In this document: positions 44,326 to 58,816 of the stretch, piece after piece
Layout: every line of letters begins with the position of its first letter
Position numbering within the stretch: the first letter of the stretch is position 1
NCBI RefSeq assembly: GCF_009914755.1
Contig: NC_060939.1
Source: the human T2T-CHM13v2.0 reference genome, Homo sapiens
Length of the DNA: 64,000 nt
Direction: 5' to 3' (one strand)
Program-made: the position numbers and the translations under genes
Notes under the pieces: generated by a model
Databases searched by the model: none
Seen by the model: only the letters and a program-made list of their open reading frames with translations
Told to the model about the DNA's origin: nothing

Positions 44326-47300
44326 CGCTTCTATTCCATTCGTGTCCATTCCACTCCAGTCCATTCCATTCGTGTCCATTCCATTCCAGTCCATTCCATT
44401 TGTGTCCACTGCATTCCATTCCACTCCATTCCATATTATTCCATTACACTCCATTCCATTCTATTACTTTCATTTCCATTCAGTTCCATTCCATTTGATT
44501 CCATTCCACTCCGTTTCACTCCACTTGAGTCAATTCCATTCCATTCCATTCTGTTCCTTTCCATTCCATTCCATTCCATTCCATTCGGTACCATTCCATA
44601 TTGTTCCATTCGATTCCATTCGAATCCATTCCATTCCGGTCCATTCCATTCGATTCCATTCCATTCCTTTCAATTCCATTCCATTCCATTCGATTCCACT
44701 TGATTCCACTCCATTCCCTTCCACTGCATTCCATTCGATTCCATTCCATTGCATTGCATTCCATTCCATTGGATTGCATTCCATTCGATTCCATTCCATT
44801 CGAATCAATTACATAGCAATCCATTACATTCGAGTCTGTTCTATTCCGTTGCACTCGATTTCGTTCCAATCCATTCGATTCCATTCCATTCGATTCCATT
44901 CCATACTATTGCATTCCATTCGATTAAATTATATTCGAATAAATTCCATTCAAGACCATTTCTGTTGAGTCCATTCTACTTGAGTCCATTCCCTTTGATT
45001 CCATAACATTTGAGTCCATTCAATTCCATTCCTTTCGTTTCCATTCCATTTGATGCCATTCCATTCAATTCTGTTCTACTCGACTCCAATACATTCAATT
45101 CCATTCCAGCCGATTCCATTACATTCTTTTCATTTCTTATCCATTTCAAGCCATTCCATTCCATTCCACTCGTTTCCTTTCCATTCGAGTCCATTCCCTC
45201 CAGTCCATTCCATTCGAATCCATTTCACTCCAGTCCATTCCATTCGAATCCGTTTCACTCCAGTCCATTAAATTCGAGTACATTCCATTCCATTCTATTC
45301 AATGCCATTCCATTCGATTCTATTCCATTCGACACCATTCCTTTCCATTCCGTTCCATCCGATTCCATTCCATTGTATTCCATTCAATTCCATTCCATTG
45401 CATTCCTTTCGTTTCCATTCCATTCGAATTCATTCCACTCAAGTCCATTCCATTCGAGTACATTCCATTCGATATCATTCCATACTATTGCATTCCATTC
45501 GATTCCATTGTTTTCGAATAAATTCCAACCGAGACCATTCCTTTCGTGTCCTTTCTATTTGACTGCATTCCATTTGAGTCCATTAAATTTCTGCACATTC
45601 CATTCCTTTCCATTCCATTCCATTCCATTCCTTTCGGTGCCATTCCATTCCACTCTACTCCATTCAAGTCCATTCCATTTGAGTCCATTCCATTGATTCG
45701 ATGCCATTACATTCAATTCTATTCCATTCGAATCCATTCCATTCCATTTCCTTCCAAACGATTCCATTCCATTCTATTACTTTCTATTCCAATCCATTCC
45801 ATTCCGTTCCATTCGTTTCCATTCCATTCGAGTCCACTCCATTCCATTCCATTCCATTCGATTCCATTCCATTCCAGTCCATTCCATTCAAGTCCATTCC
45901 ACTCCATTCCATTCCATTCGATATCTTTTGATAACACCCCATTCCATTCTGCTCCTTACAATTCAATTCAATTCCAGTCCATTTGATTCCATTCCATTTG
46001 ATTACATTCCATTCGACTCCATTCCATTCGACTCTATTCCATTCGAGTCCATTCCATTCCATTCCATTGCATTCCGTTCGAATCCCTATTCCATTCCATT
46101 TTGTTACTGTCCATTCCATTTGAGTCCATTCCATGCCAAACCATTCCATTCGATTCCATTCCAATAGATTCCATTGCACTCGAATCCAGTGCGTTCCATT
46201 CCATTGCTTTCCATTCTATTACATTCCATTGCATTACATTCCATTCCATTTGATTGCATTCCATTCAATTCCATTAATTTCGAATCAATTACATTGCAAT
46301 CCATTGCATTCGAGTTCTATTCCAGTCCATTGCATTCCGGCGCATTCCGTTCCATTCCATTCCATTCGATTCCGTTCCATTCGAATCGATTGCATTGCAA
46401 TGCTTTACATTCGAGTCCGTTTTATTCCAGTCCAATCCATTCCGTTCCATTCCGTTCGATTCCATTCCATTCGATGCCACTCCATACTATTGTATTTCAT
46501 TCGATTCCATTCTATTCAAATAAATTCCATTCGAGACCATTCTTTTCGAGTCCATTCTATTTGAGTCCATTCCATTCGAGTCCATTATATTTGGGTCCAT
46601 TCCATTCAATTCCATTGCAATCCATTCCATTCGATGTCACTCCATTCATTTCTATTCCATTAGAGTCCATGTCATTCGAGTCCATTCCATTCTATTCTAT
46701 TCCACTCCATTCCATTCCATTCCACTCCATTCCATTCGTTGCCGTTCCATTCAATTCTATTATATTCCACTCCATTTAATTCCATTCCATTCCATTCCAT
46801 TCCATTCTATCCAATTCCGTTCCATTCTATTCCTTTAAAGTCCATTCCATTCCATTCCCTACGTTTCCATTCCATTCGAGTAAAGTCCACTCCAGTCCTT
46901 TCCATTCGAGTCCATTCCTCTCCAGTCCATTCCGTTCAATCCATTCCATTCGAGTCCGTTCCATTCCAGTCCATTCCATTCGAGTCAATTCCATTCCATT
47001 CGATATCTTTCCATAACGATCCATTCCATTCTATTCCTTTCGATTCCATTCAATTCCATTCCATTCTATTTCATTCCATTCGATTCCCTTCCATTGGACT
47101 CCTTTCCATTCGAGTGCATTCCATTCCGTTCCATTTCTTTCTGTTCTGTATGATTCCTACCATTCGATTTCATTTTGTTCCAGTCTATTCCTTTCACGTC
47201 CATTCCATTCCATTTCACTCCATTCGATTCCATTCCACTCGATTCCCCTCCGTTCCATTTCATTGCATTCCATTCTATTCAATTCTATTGCATTCCATTC

Positions 47301-48917
47301 CATTCCATTTGATTACATTCCATGCGATTCCATTCGAATTCGAATCAATTACATTGAAATCCATTACTATTGAGTCCGTTTTACTCCAGTCCACTCCATT
47401 CTGCTCCATTCCATTTGATTCCATTCCATTCTATTCCATTCCGTACAGTTGCATTCCATTGGATTCCATTCTATATCTATAAATGCAACTCGAGACCATT
47501 GCTTTTGAGTCCATTCTATATGATTCCATTCCATTCAAGTCCATTACATTTGGTTCAATTCTATTCCATTCCATTCCATTTGATATCAATCCATTCGATT
47601 CCATTTCATTCGAGCACATTCCAATCGAGTCCATTCCATTCGATGCCATTCCATTTGATTCTATTCCATTAGACTCCATTCAATTCCATTAATCTCCATT
47701 CCATTCCATTCTACTCCAACTGATTCCATTCCATTCTATTCCTTTCCATTCCATTCCATTCCATTCGCTTCTATTCCATTCGTGTCCATTCCACTCCAGT
47801 CCATTCCATTCGTGTCCATTCCATTCCAGTCCATTCCATTTGTGTCCACTGCATTCCATTCCACTCCATTCCATATTATTCCATTACACTCCATTCAATT
47901 CTATTACTTTCATTTCCATTCAGTTCCATTCCATTTGATTCCATTCCACTCGGTTTCAGTCCACTTGAGTCCATTCCATTCCATTCCATTCTGTTCCATT
48001 CCATTCCATTCCATTCCATTCCATTCTGTTCCATTCCATTCCATTCCATTCCATTCGGTACCATTCCATATTGTTCCATTCGATTCCATTCGAATCCATT
48101 CCATTCCAGTCCATTCCATTCGATTCCATTCCATTCCTTTCAATTCCATTCCATTCCATTCGATTCCACTTGATTCCACTCCATTCCCTTCCACTGCATT
48201 CCATTCGATTCCATTCCATTGCATTGCATTCCATTCCATTGGATTGCATTCCATTCGATTCCATTCCATTCGAATCAATTACATAGCAATCCATTACATT
48301 CGAGTCTGTTCTATTCCGTTGCACTCGATTTCGTTCCAATCCATTCGATTCCATTCCATTCGATTCCATTCCATACTATTGCATTCCATTCGATTAAATT
48401 ATATTCGAATAAATTCCATTCAAGACCATTTCTGTTGAGTCCATTCTACTTGAGTCCATTCCCTTTGATTCCATAACATTTGAGTCCACTCAATTCCATT
48501 CCTTTCGTTTCCATTCCATTTGATGCCATTCCATTCAATTCTGTTCTACTCGACTCCAATACATTCAATTCCATTCCATCCGATTCCATTACATTCTTTT
48601 CATTTCTTATCCATTTCAAGCCATTCCATTCCATTCCATTCCACTCGTTTCCTTTCCATTCGAGTCCATTCCACTCCAGTCCATTCCATTCGAATCCATT
48701 TCACTCCAGTCCATTCCATTCGAATCCGTGTCACTCCAGTCCATTAAATTCGAGTACATTCCATTCCATTCTATTCAATGCCATTCCATTCGATTCTATT
48801 CCATTCGACACCATTACTTTCCATTCCGTTCCATCCGATTCCATTCCATTGTATTCTATTCAATTCCATTCCATTGCATTCCATTCGTTTCCATTCCATT
48901 CGAATTCATTCCACTCA

Positions 48918-51900
48918 AGTCCATTCCATTCGAGTCCATTCCATTCGATAGCATTCCATACTATTGCATTCCATTCGATTCCATTGTTTTCGAATAAATT
49001 CCAACCGAGACCATTCCTTTCGTGTCCTTTCTATTTGACTGCATTCCATTTGAGTCCATTAAATTTCTGCACATTCCATTCCTTTCCATTCCATTCCATT
49101 CCTTTCGGTGCCATTCCATTCCACTCTACTCCATTCAAGTCCATTCCATTTGAGTCCATTCCACTGATTCGATGCCATTACATTCAATTCTATTCCATTC
49201 GAATCCATTCCATTCCATTTCCTTCCAAACGATTCCATTCCATTCTATTACTTTCTATTCCAATCCATTCCATTCCGTTCCATTCGTTTCCATTCCATTT
49301 GAGTCCACTCCATTCCATTCCATTCCATTCGATTCCATTCCATTCCAGTCCATTCCATTCAAGTCCATTCCACTCCATTCCATCCCATTCGACATCTTTG
49401 ATAACACCCCATTCCATTCTGCTCCTTACAACTCAATTCAATTCCAGTCCATTTGATTCCATTCCATTTGATTACATTCCATTCGACTCCATTCCATTCG
49501 ACTCTATTCCATTCGAGTCCATTCCATTCCATTCCATTGCATTCCTTTCGAATCCCTATTCCATTCCATTTTGTTACTGTCCATTCCATTTGAGTCCATT
49601 CCATGCCAAACCATTCCATTCGATTCCATTCCAATAGATTCCATTGCACTCGAATCCAGTGCGTTCCATTCCATTGCTTTCCATTCTATTACATTCCATT
49701 GCATTCCATTCCATTCCATTTGATTGCATTCCATTCAATTCCATTAATTTCGAATCAATTACATTGCAATCCATTGCATTCGAGTTCTATTCCAGTCCAT
49801 TGCATTCCGGCGCATTCCGTTCCATTCCATTCCATTCGATTCCGTTCCATTCGAATCGATTGCATTGCAATGCTTTACATTCGAGTCCGTTTTATTCCAG
49901 TCCAATCCATTCCGTTCCATTCCGTTCGATTCCATTCCATTCGATGCCACTCCATACTATTGTATTTCATTCGATTCCATTCTATTCACATAAATTCCAT
50001 TCGAGACCATTCCTTTCGAGTCCATTCTATTTGAGTCCATTCCATTCGAGTCCATTATATTTGGGTCCATTCCATTCAATTCCATTGCAATCCATTCCAT
50101 TCGATGTCACTCCATTCATTTCTATTCCATTAGAATCCATGCCATTCGAGTCCATTCCATTCTATTCTATTCCACTCCATTCCATTCGTTGCCGTTCCAT
50201 TCAATTCTATTATATTCCACTCCATTTAATTCCATTCCATTCCATTCCATTCTATCCAATTCCATTCCATTCTATTCCTTTAAAGTCCATTCCATTCCAT
50301 TCCATTCGTTTCCATTCCATTCGAGTAAAGTCCACTCCAGTCCTTTCCATTCGAGTCCATTCCTCTCCAGTCCATTCCGTTCAATCCATTCCATTCCAGT
50401 CCATTCCATTCGAGTCCATTCCATTCGATAGCATTCCATACTATTGCATTCCATTCGATTCCATTGTTTTCGAATAAATTCCAACCGAGACCATTCCTTT
50501 CGTGTCCTTTCTATTTGACTGCATTCCATTTGAGTCCATTAAATTTCTGCACATTCCATTCCTTTCCATTCCATTCCATTCCTTTCGGTGCCATTCCATT
50601 CCACTCTACTCCATTCAAGTCCATTCCATTTGAGTCCATTCCACTGATTCGATGCCATTACATTCAATTCTATTCCATTCGAATCCATTCCATTCCATTT
50701 CCTTCCAAACGATTCCATTCCATTCTATTACTTTCCATTCCAATCCATTCCATTCCGTTCCATTCGTTTCCATTCCATTCGAGTCCACTCCATTCCATTC
50801 CATACCATTCGATTCCATTCCATTCCAGTCCTTTCCATTCAAGTCCATTCCACTGCATTCCATTCCATTCGATATCTTTTGATAACACCCCATTCCATTC
50901 TGCTCCTTACAATTCAATTCAATTCCAGTCCATTTGATTCCATTCCATTTGATTACATTCCATTCGACTCCATTCCATTCGACTCTATTCCATTCGAGTC
51001 CATTCCATTCCATTCCATTGCATTCCGTTCGAATCGCTATTCCATTCCATTTTGTTACTGTCCATTCCATTTGAGTCCATTCCATGCCAAACCATTTCAT
51101 TCGATTCCATTCCAATAGATTCCATTGCACTCGAATCCAGTGCGTTCCATTCCATTGCTTTCCATTCTATTACATTCCATTGCATTACATTCCATTCCAA
51201 TTGATTGCATTCCATTCACTTCCATTAATTTCGAATCAATTACATTGCAATCCATTGCATTCGAGTTCTATTCCAGTCCATTGCATTCCGGCGCATTCCG
51301 TTCCATTCCATTCCATTCGATTCCGTTCCATTCGAATCGATTGCATTGCAATGCATTACATTCGAGTCCGTTTTATTCCAGTCCAATCCATTCCGTTCCA
51401 TTCCGTTCGATTCCATTCCATTCGATGCCACTCCATACTATTGTATTTCATTCGATTCCATTCTATTCAAATAAATTCCATTCGAGACCATTCCTTTCAT
51501 GTCCATTCTATTTGAGTCCATTCCATTCGAGTCCATTATATTTGGGTCCATTCCATTCAATTCCATTGCAATCCATTCCATTCGATGTCACTCCATTCAT
51601 TTCTATTCCATTAGAGTCCATGTCATTCGAGTCCATTCCATTCTATACCATTCCACTCCATTCCATTCCATTCCACTCCATTCCATTCGTTGCCGTTCCA
51701 TTCAATTCTATTATATTCCACTCCATTTAATTCCATTCCATTCCATTCCATTCCATTCCATTCTATCCAATTCCGTTCCATTCTATTCCTTTAAAGTCCA
51801 TTCCATTCCATTCCATTCGTTTCCATTCCATTCGAGTAAAGTCCACTCCAGTCCTTTCCATTCGAGTCCATTCCTCTCCAGTCCATTCCGTTCAATCCAT

Positions 51901-51930
51901 TCCATTCCAGTCCATTCCATTCGAGTCCGT
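48918..51930 (+). repeat. ~1480 bp internal tandem duplication of most of module B, giving a 4960 bp unit
   Basis: GATAGCATTCCATACTATTG at ~48947 and ~50427; CCACTGATTCG at 49161 and 50641; CCGGCGCAT at 49807 and 51288 with no KpnI site in between. Confidence 0.85.
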
Positions 51931-54900
51931 TCCATTCCAGTCCATTCCATTCGAGTCAATTCCATTCCATTCGATATCTTTCCATAACGATCCATTCCAT
52001 TCTATTCCTTTCGATTCCATTCAATTCCATTCCATTCTATTTCATTCCATTCGATTCCCTTCCATTGGACTCCTTTCCATTCGAGTGCATTCCATTCCGT
52101 TCCATTTCTTTCTGTTCTGTATGATTCCTACCGTTCGATTTCATTTTGTTCCAGTCTATTCCTTTCAAGTCCATTCCATTCCATTTCACTCCATTCGATT
52201 CCATTCCACTCGATTCCCCTCCGTTCCATTTCATTGCATTCCATTCTATTCAATTCTATTGCATTCCATTCCATTCCATTTGATTACATTCCATGCGATT
52301 CCATTCGAATTCGAATCAATTACATTGAAATCCATTACTATTGAGTCCGTTTTACTCCAGTCCACTCCATTCCGCTCCATTCCATTTGATTCCATTCCAT
52401 TCTATTCCATTCCGTACAGTTGCATTCCATTGGATTGCATTCAATATCTATAAATGCAACTCGAGACCATTGCTTTTGAGTCCATTCTATATGATTCCAT
52501 TCCATTCAAGTCCATTACATTTGGTTCAATTCCATTCCATTCCATTCCCTTCCATTCCATTCCATTTGATATCAATCCATTCGATTCCATTCCATTCGAG
52601 CACATTCCAATTGAGTCCATTCCATTCGATGCCATTCCATTTGATTCTATTCCATTAGACTCCATTCAATTCCATTAATCTCCATTCCATTCCATTCTAC
52701 TCCAACTGATTCCATTCCATTCTATTCCTTTCCATTCCATTCCATTCCATTCGCTTCTATTCCATTCGTGTCCATTCCACTCCAGTCCATTCCATTCGTG
52801 TCCATTCCATTCCAGTCCATTCCATTTGTGTCCACCGCATTCCATTCCACTCCATTCCATATTATTCCATTACACTCCATTCCATTCTATTACTTTCATT
52901 TGCATTCAGTTCCATTCCATTTGATTCCATTCCACTCGGTTTCACTCCATTTGAGTCCATTCCATTCCATTCAATTAAATTCTGTTCCATTCCATTCCAT
53001 TCCATTCCATTCCATTCGGTACCATTCCATATTGTTCCATTCGATTCCATTCGAATCCATTCCATTCCAGTCCATTCCATTCGATTCCATTCCATTCCTT
53101 TCAATTCCATTCCATTCCATTCGATTCCACTTGATTCCACTCCATTCCCTTCCACTGAATTCTTTCGATTCCATTCCATTGCATTGCATTCCATTCCATT
53201 GGATTGCATTCCATTCGATTCCATTCCATTCGAATCAATTACATAGCAATCCATTACATTCGAGTCTGTTCTATTCCGTTGCATTCGATTTCGTGCCAAT
53301 CCATTCGATTCCATTCCATTCGATTCCATTCCATACTATTGCATTCCCTTCGATTAAATTATATTCGAATAAATTCCATTCAAGAGCATTTCTGTTGAGT
53401 TCATTCTACTTGAGTCCATTCCCTTTGATTCCATAACATTTGAGTCCATTCAATTCCATTCCTTTCGTTTCCATTCCATTTGATGCCATTCCATTCAATT
53501 CTGTTCTACTCGACTCCAATACATTCAATTCCATTCCATCTGATTCCATTACATTCTTTTCATTTATTATCCATTTCAAGCCATTCCATTCCATTCCATT
53601 CCATTCCACTCGTTTCCTTTCCATTCGAGTCCATTCCACTCTAGTCCATTCCATTCGAATCCACTTCACTCCAGTCCATTCCATTCGAATCCGTTTCACT
53701 CCAGTCCATTAAATTCGAGTACATTCCATTCCATTCTATTCAATGCCATTCCATTCGATTCTATTCCATTCGACACCATTCCTTTCCATTCCGTTCCATC
53801 CGATTCCATTCCATTGTATTCCATTCAATTTCATTCCATTGCATTCCATTCGTTTCCATTCCATTCGAATTCATTCCACTCAAGTCCATTCCATTTGAGT
53901 CCATTCCATTCGATATCATTCCATACTATTGCATTCCATTCGATTCCATTGTTTTCGAATAAATTCCAACCGAGACCATTCCTTTCGTGTCCTTTCTATT
54001 TGACTGCATTCCATTTGAGTCCATTAAATTTCTGCACATTCCATTCCTTTCCATTCCATTCCATTCCATTCCTTTCGGTGCCATTCCATTCCACTCTACT
54101 CCATTCAAGTCCATTCCATTTGAGTCCATTCCATTGATTCGATGCCATTACATTCAATTCTATTCCATTCGAATCCATTCCATTCCATTTCCTTCCAAAC
54201 GATTCCATTCCATTCTATTACTTTCTATTCCAATCCATTCCATTCCGTTCCATTCGTTTCCATTCCATTCGAGTCCACTCCATTCCATTCCATACCATTC
54301 GATTCCATTCCATTCCAGTCCATTCCATTCAAGTCCATTCCACTGCATTCCATTCCATTCGATATCTTTTGATAACACCCCATTCCATTCTGCTCCTTAC
54401 AATTCAATTCAATTCCAGTCCATTTGATTCCATTCCATTTGATTACATTCCATTCGACTCCATTCCATTCGACTCTATTCCATTCGAGTCCATTCCATTC
54501 CATTCCATTGCATTCCGTTCGAATCGCTATTCCATTCCATTTTGTTACTGTCCATTCCATTTGAGTCCATTCCATGCCAAACCATTTCATTCGATTCCAT
54601 TCCAATAGATTCCATTGCACTCGAATCCAGTGCGTTCCATTCCATTGCTTTCCATTCTATTACATTCCATTGCATTACATTCCATTCCAATTGATTGCAT
54701 TCCATTCACTTCCATTAATTTCGAATCAATTACATTGCAATCCATTGCATTCGAGTTCTATTCCAGTCCATTGCATACCGGCGCATTCCGTTCCATTCCA
54801 TTCCATTCGATTCCGTTCCATTCGAATCGATTGCATTGCAATGCATTACATTCGAGTCCGTTTTATTCCAGTCCAATCCATTCCGTTCCATTCCGTTCGA

Positions 54901-57700
54901 TTCCATTCCATTCGATGCCACTCCATACTATTGTATTTCATTCGATTCCATTCTATTCAAATAAATTCCATTCGAGACCATTCCTTTCATGTCCATTCTA
55001 TTTGAGTCCATTCCATTCGAGTCCATTATATTTGGGTCCATTCCATTCAATTCCATTGCAATCCATTCCATTCGATGTCACTCCATTCATTTCTATTCCA
55101 TTAGAGTCCATGTCATTCGAGTCCATTCCATTCTATACCATTCCACTCCATTCCATTCCATTCCACTCCATTCCATTCGTTGCCGTTCCATTCAATTCTA
55201 TTATATTCCACTCCATTTAATTCCATTCCATTCCATTCCATTCCATTCCATTCTATCCAATTCCGTTCCATTCTATTCCTTTAAAGTCCATTCCATTCCA
55301 TTCCATTCGTTTCCATTCCATTCGAGTAAAGTCCACTCCAGTCCTTTCCATTCGAGTCCATTCCTCTCCAGTCCATTCCGTTCAATCCATTCCATTCCAG
55401 TCCATTCCATTCGAGTCCGTTCCATTCCAGTCCATTCCATTCGAGTCAATTCCATTCCATTCGATATCTTTCCATAACGATCCATTCCATTCTATTCCTT
55501 TCGATTCCATTCAATTCCATTCCATTCTATTTCATTCCATTCGGTTCCCTTCCATTGGACTCCTTTCCATTCGAGTGCATTCCATTCCGTTCCATTTCTT
55601 TCTGTTCTGTATGATTCCTACCGTTCGATTTCATTTTGTTCCAGTCTATTCCTTTCAAGTCCATTCCATTCCATTTCACTCCATTCGATTCCATTCCACT
55701 CGATTCCCCTCCGTTCCATTTCATTGCATTCCATTCTATTCAATTCTATTGCATTCCATTCCATTCCATTTGATTACATTCCATGCGATTCCATTCGAAT
55801 TCGAATCAATTACATTGAAATCCATTACTATTGAGTCCGTTTTACTCCAGTCCACTCCATTCCGCTCCATTCCATTTGATTCCATTCCATTCTATTCCAT
55901 TCCGTACAGTTGCATTCCATTGGATTGCATTCAATATCTATAAATGCAACTCGAGACCATTGCTTTTGAGTCCATTCTATATGATTCCATTCCATTCAAG
56001 TCCATTACATTTGGTTCAATTCCATTCCATTCCATTCCCTTCCATTCCATTCCATTTGATATCAATCCATTCGATTCCATTCCATTCGAGCACATTCCAA
56101 TTGAGTCCATTCCATTCGATGCCATTCCATTTGATTCTATTCCATTAGACTCCATTCAATTCCATTAATCTCCATTCCATTCCATTCTACTCCAACTGAT
56201 TCCATTCCATTCTATTCCTTTCCATTCCATTCCATTCCATTCGCTTCTATTCCATTCGTGTCCATTCCACTCCAGTCCATTCCATTCGTGTCCATTCCAT
56301 TCCAGTCCATTCCATTTGAGTCCACCGCATTCCATTCCACTCCATTCCATATTATTCCATTACACTCCATTCCATTCTATTACTTTCATTTGCATTCAGT
56401 TCCATTCCATTTGATTCCATTCCACTCGGTTTCACTCCATTTGAGTCCATTCCATTCCATTCAATTAAATTCTGTTCCATTCCATTCCATTCCATTCCAT
56501 TCGGTACCATTCCATATTGTTCCATTCGATTCCATTCGAATCCATTCCATTCCAGTCCATTCCATTCGATTCCATTCCATTCCTTTCAATTCCATTCCAT
56601 TCCATTCGATTCCACTTGATTCCACTCCATTCCCTTCCACTGCATTCCATTCGATTCCATTCCATTGCATTGCATTCCATTCCATTGGAGTGCATTCCAT
56701 TCGATTCCATTCCATTCGAATCAATTACATAGCAATCCATTACATTCGAGTCTGTTCTATTCCGTTGCATTCGATTTCGTGCCAATCCATTCGATTCCAT
56801 TCCATTCGATTCCATTCCATACTATTGCATTCCCTTCGATTAAATTATATTCGAATAAATTCCATTCAAGAGCATTTCTGTTGAGTTCATTCTACTTGAG
56901 TCCATTCCCTTTGATTCCATAACATTTGAGTCCATTCAATTCCATTCCTTTCGTTTCCATTCCATTTGATGCCATTCCATTCAATTCTGTTCTACTCGAC
57001 TCCAATACATTCAATTCCATTCCATCCGATTCCATTACATTCTTTTCATTTATTATCCATTTCAAGCCATTCCATTCCATTCCATTCCACTCGTTTCCTT
57101 TCCATTCGAGTCCATTCCACTCTAGTCCATTCCATTCGAATCCACTTCACTCCAGTCCATTCCATTCGAATCCGTTTCACTCCAGTCCATTAAATTCGAG
57201 TACATTCCATTCCATTCTATTCAATGCCATTCCATTCGATTCTATTCCATTCGACACCATTCCTTTCCATTCCGTTCCATCCGATTCCATTCCATTGTAT
57301 TCCATTCAATTTCATTCCATTGCATTCCATTCGTTTCCATTCCATTCGAATTCATTCCACTCAAGTCCATTCCATTTGAGTCCATTCCATTCGATATCAT
57401 TCCATACTATTGCATTCCATTCGATTCCATTGTTTTCGAATAAATTCCAACCGAGACCATTCCTTTCGTGTCCTTTCTATTTGACTGCATTCCATTTGAG
57501 TCCATTAAATTTCTGCACATTCCATTCCTTTCCATTCCATTCCATTCCATTCCTTTCGGTGCCATTCCATTCCACTCCACTCCATTCAAGTCCATTCCAT
57601 TTGAGTCCATTCCATTGATTCGATGCCATTACATTCAATTCTATTCCATTCGAATCCATTCCATTCCATTTCCTTCCAAACGATTCCATTCCATTCTATT
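50700..57700 (+). repeat. Pair of sister long units, offset about 3490 bp
   Basis: Shared private variants: CATACCATTC (50801/54291), GAATCGCTAT (51031/54521), TCCGCTCC (52371/55861), TCCACCGCAT, TCAATTAAAT, GTGCCAATCC, AAGAGCATT and CTCTAGTCC. Confidence 0.8.
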
Positions 57701-58816
57701 ACTTTCTATTCCAATCCATTCCATTCCGTTCCATTCGTTTCCATTCCATTCGAGTCCACTCCATTCCATTCCATTCCATTCCATTCCATTCCATTCCAGT
57801 CCATTCCATTCAAGTCCATTCCACTGCATTCCATTCCATTCGATATCTTTTGATAACACCCCATTCCATTCTGCTCCTTACAATTCAATTCAATTCCAGT
57901 CCATTTGATTCCATTCCATTTGATTACATTCCATTCGACTCCATTCCATTCGACTCTATTCCATTCGAGTCCATTCCATTCCATTCCATTGCATTCCGTT
58001 CGAATCCCTATTCCATTCCATTTTGTTATTGTCCATTCCATTTGAGTCCATTCCATGCCAAATCATTTCATTCGATTCCATTCCAATAGATTCTATTGCA
58101 CTCAAATCCAGTGCGTTCCATTCCATTGCTTTCCATTCTATTACATTCCATTGCATTACATTCCATTCCATTTGATTGCATTCCATTCAATTCCATTAAT
58201 TTCGAATCAATTACATTGCAATCCATTGCATTCGAGTTCTATTCCAGTCCATTGCATTCCGGCGCATTCCGTTCCAATCCATTCCATTCGATTCCGTTCC
58301 ATTCGAATCGATTGCATTGCAATGCATTACTTTCGAGTCCGTTTTATTCCAGTCCAATCCATTCCGGTCCATTCCGTTCGATTCCATTCCATTCGATGCC
58401 ACTCCATACTATTGTATTTCATTCGATTCCATTCCATTCAAATAAATTCCATTCGAGACCATTCCTTTCATGTCCATTCTATTTGAGTCCATTCCATTGG
58501 AGTCCATTATATTTGGGTCCATTCCATTCAATTCCATTGCAATCCATTCCATTCGATGTCACTCCATTCATTTCTATTCCATTAGAGTCCATGTCATTCG
58601 AGTCCATTCCATTCTATTCTATTCCACTCCATTCCATTCCATTCCACTCCATTCCATTCGTTGCCGTTCCATTCAATTCTATTATATTCCACTCCATTTA
58701 ATTCCATTCCATTCCATTCCATTCCATTCTATCCAATTCCGTTCCATTCTATTCCTTTAAATCCATTCCATTCCATTCCATTCGTTTCCATTCCATTCGA
58801 GTAAAGTCCACTCCAG

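Noticed and set aside
48480-49637. Longest ORF (385 aa)
   Set aside because: It starts at TTG and owes its length to unit-specific indels joining frames; homologous units are interrupted.
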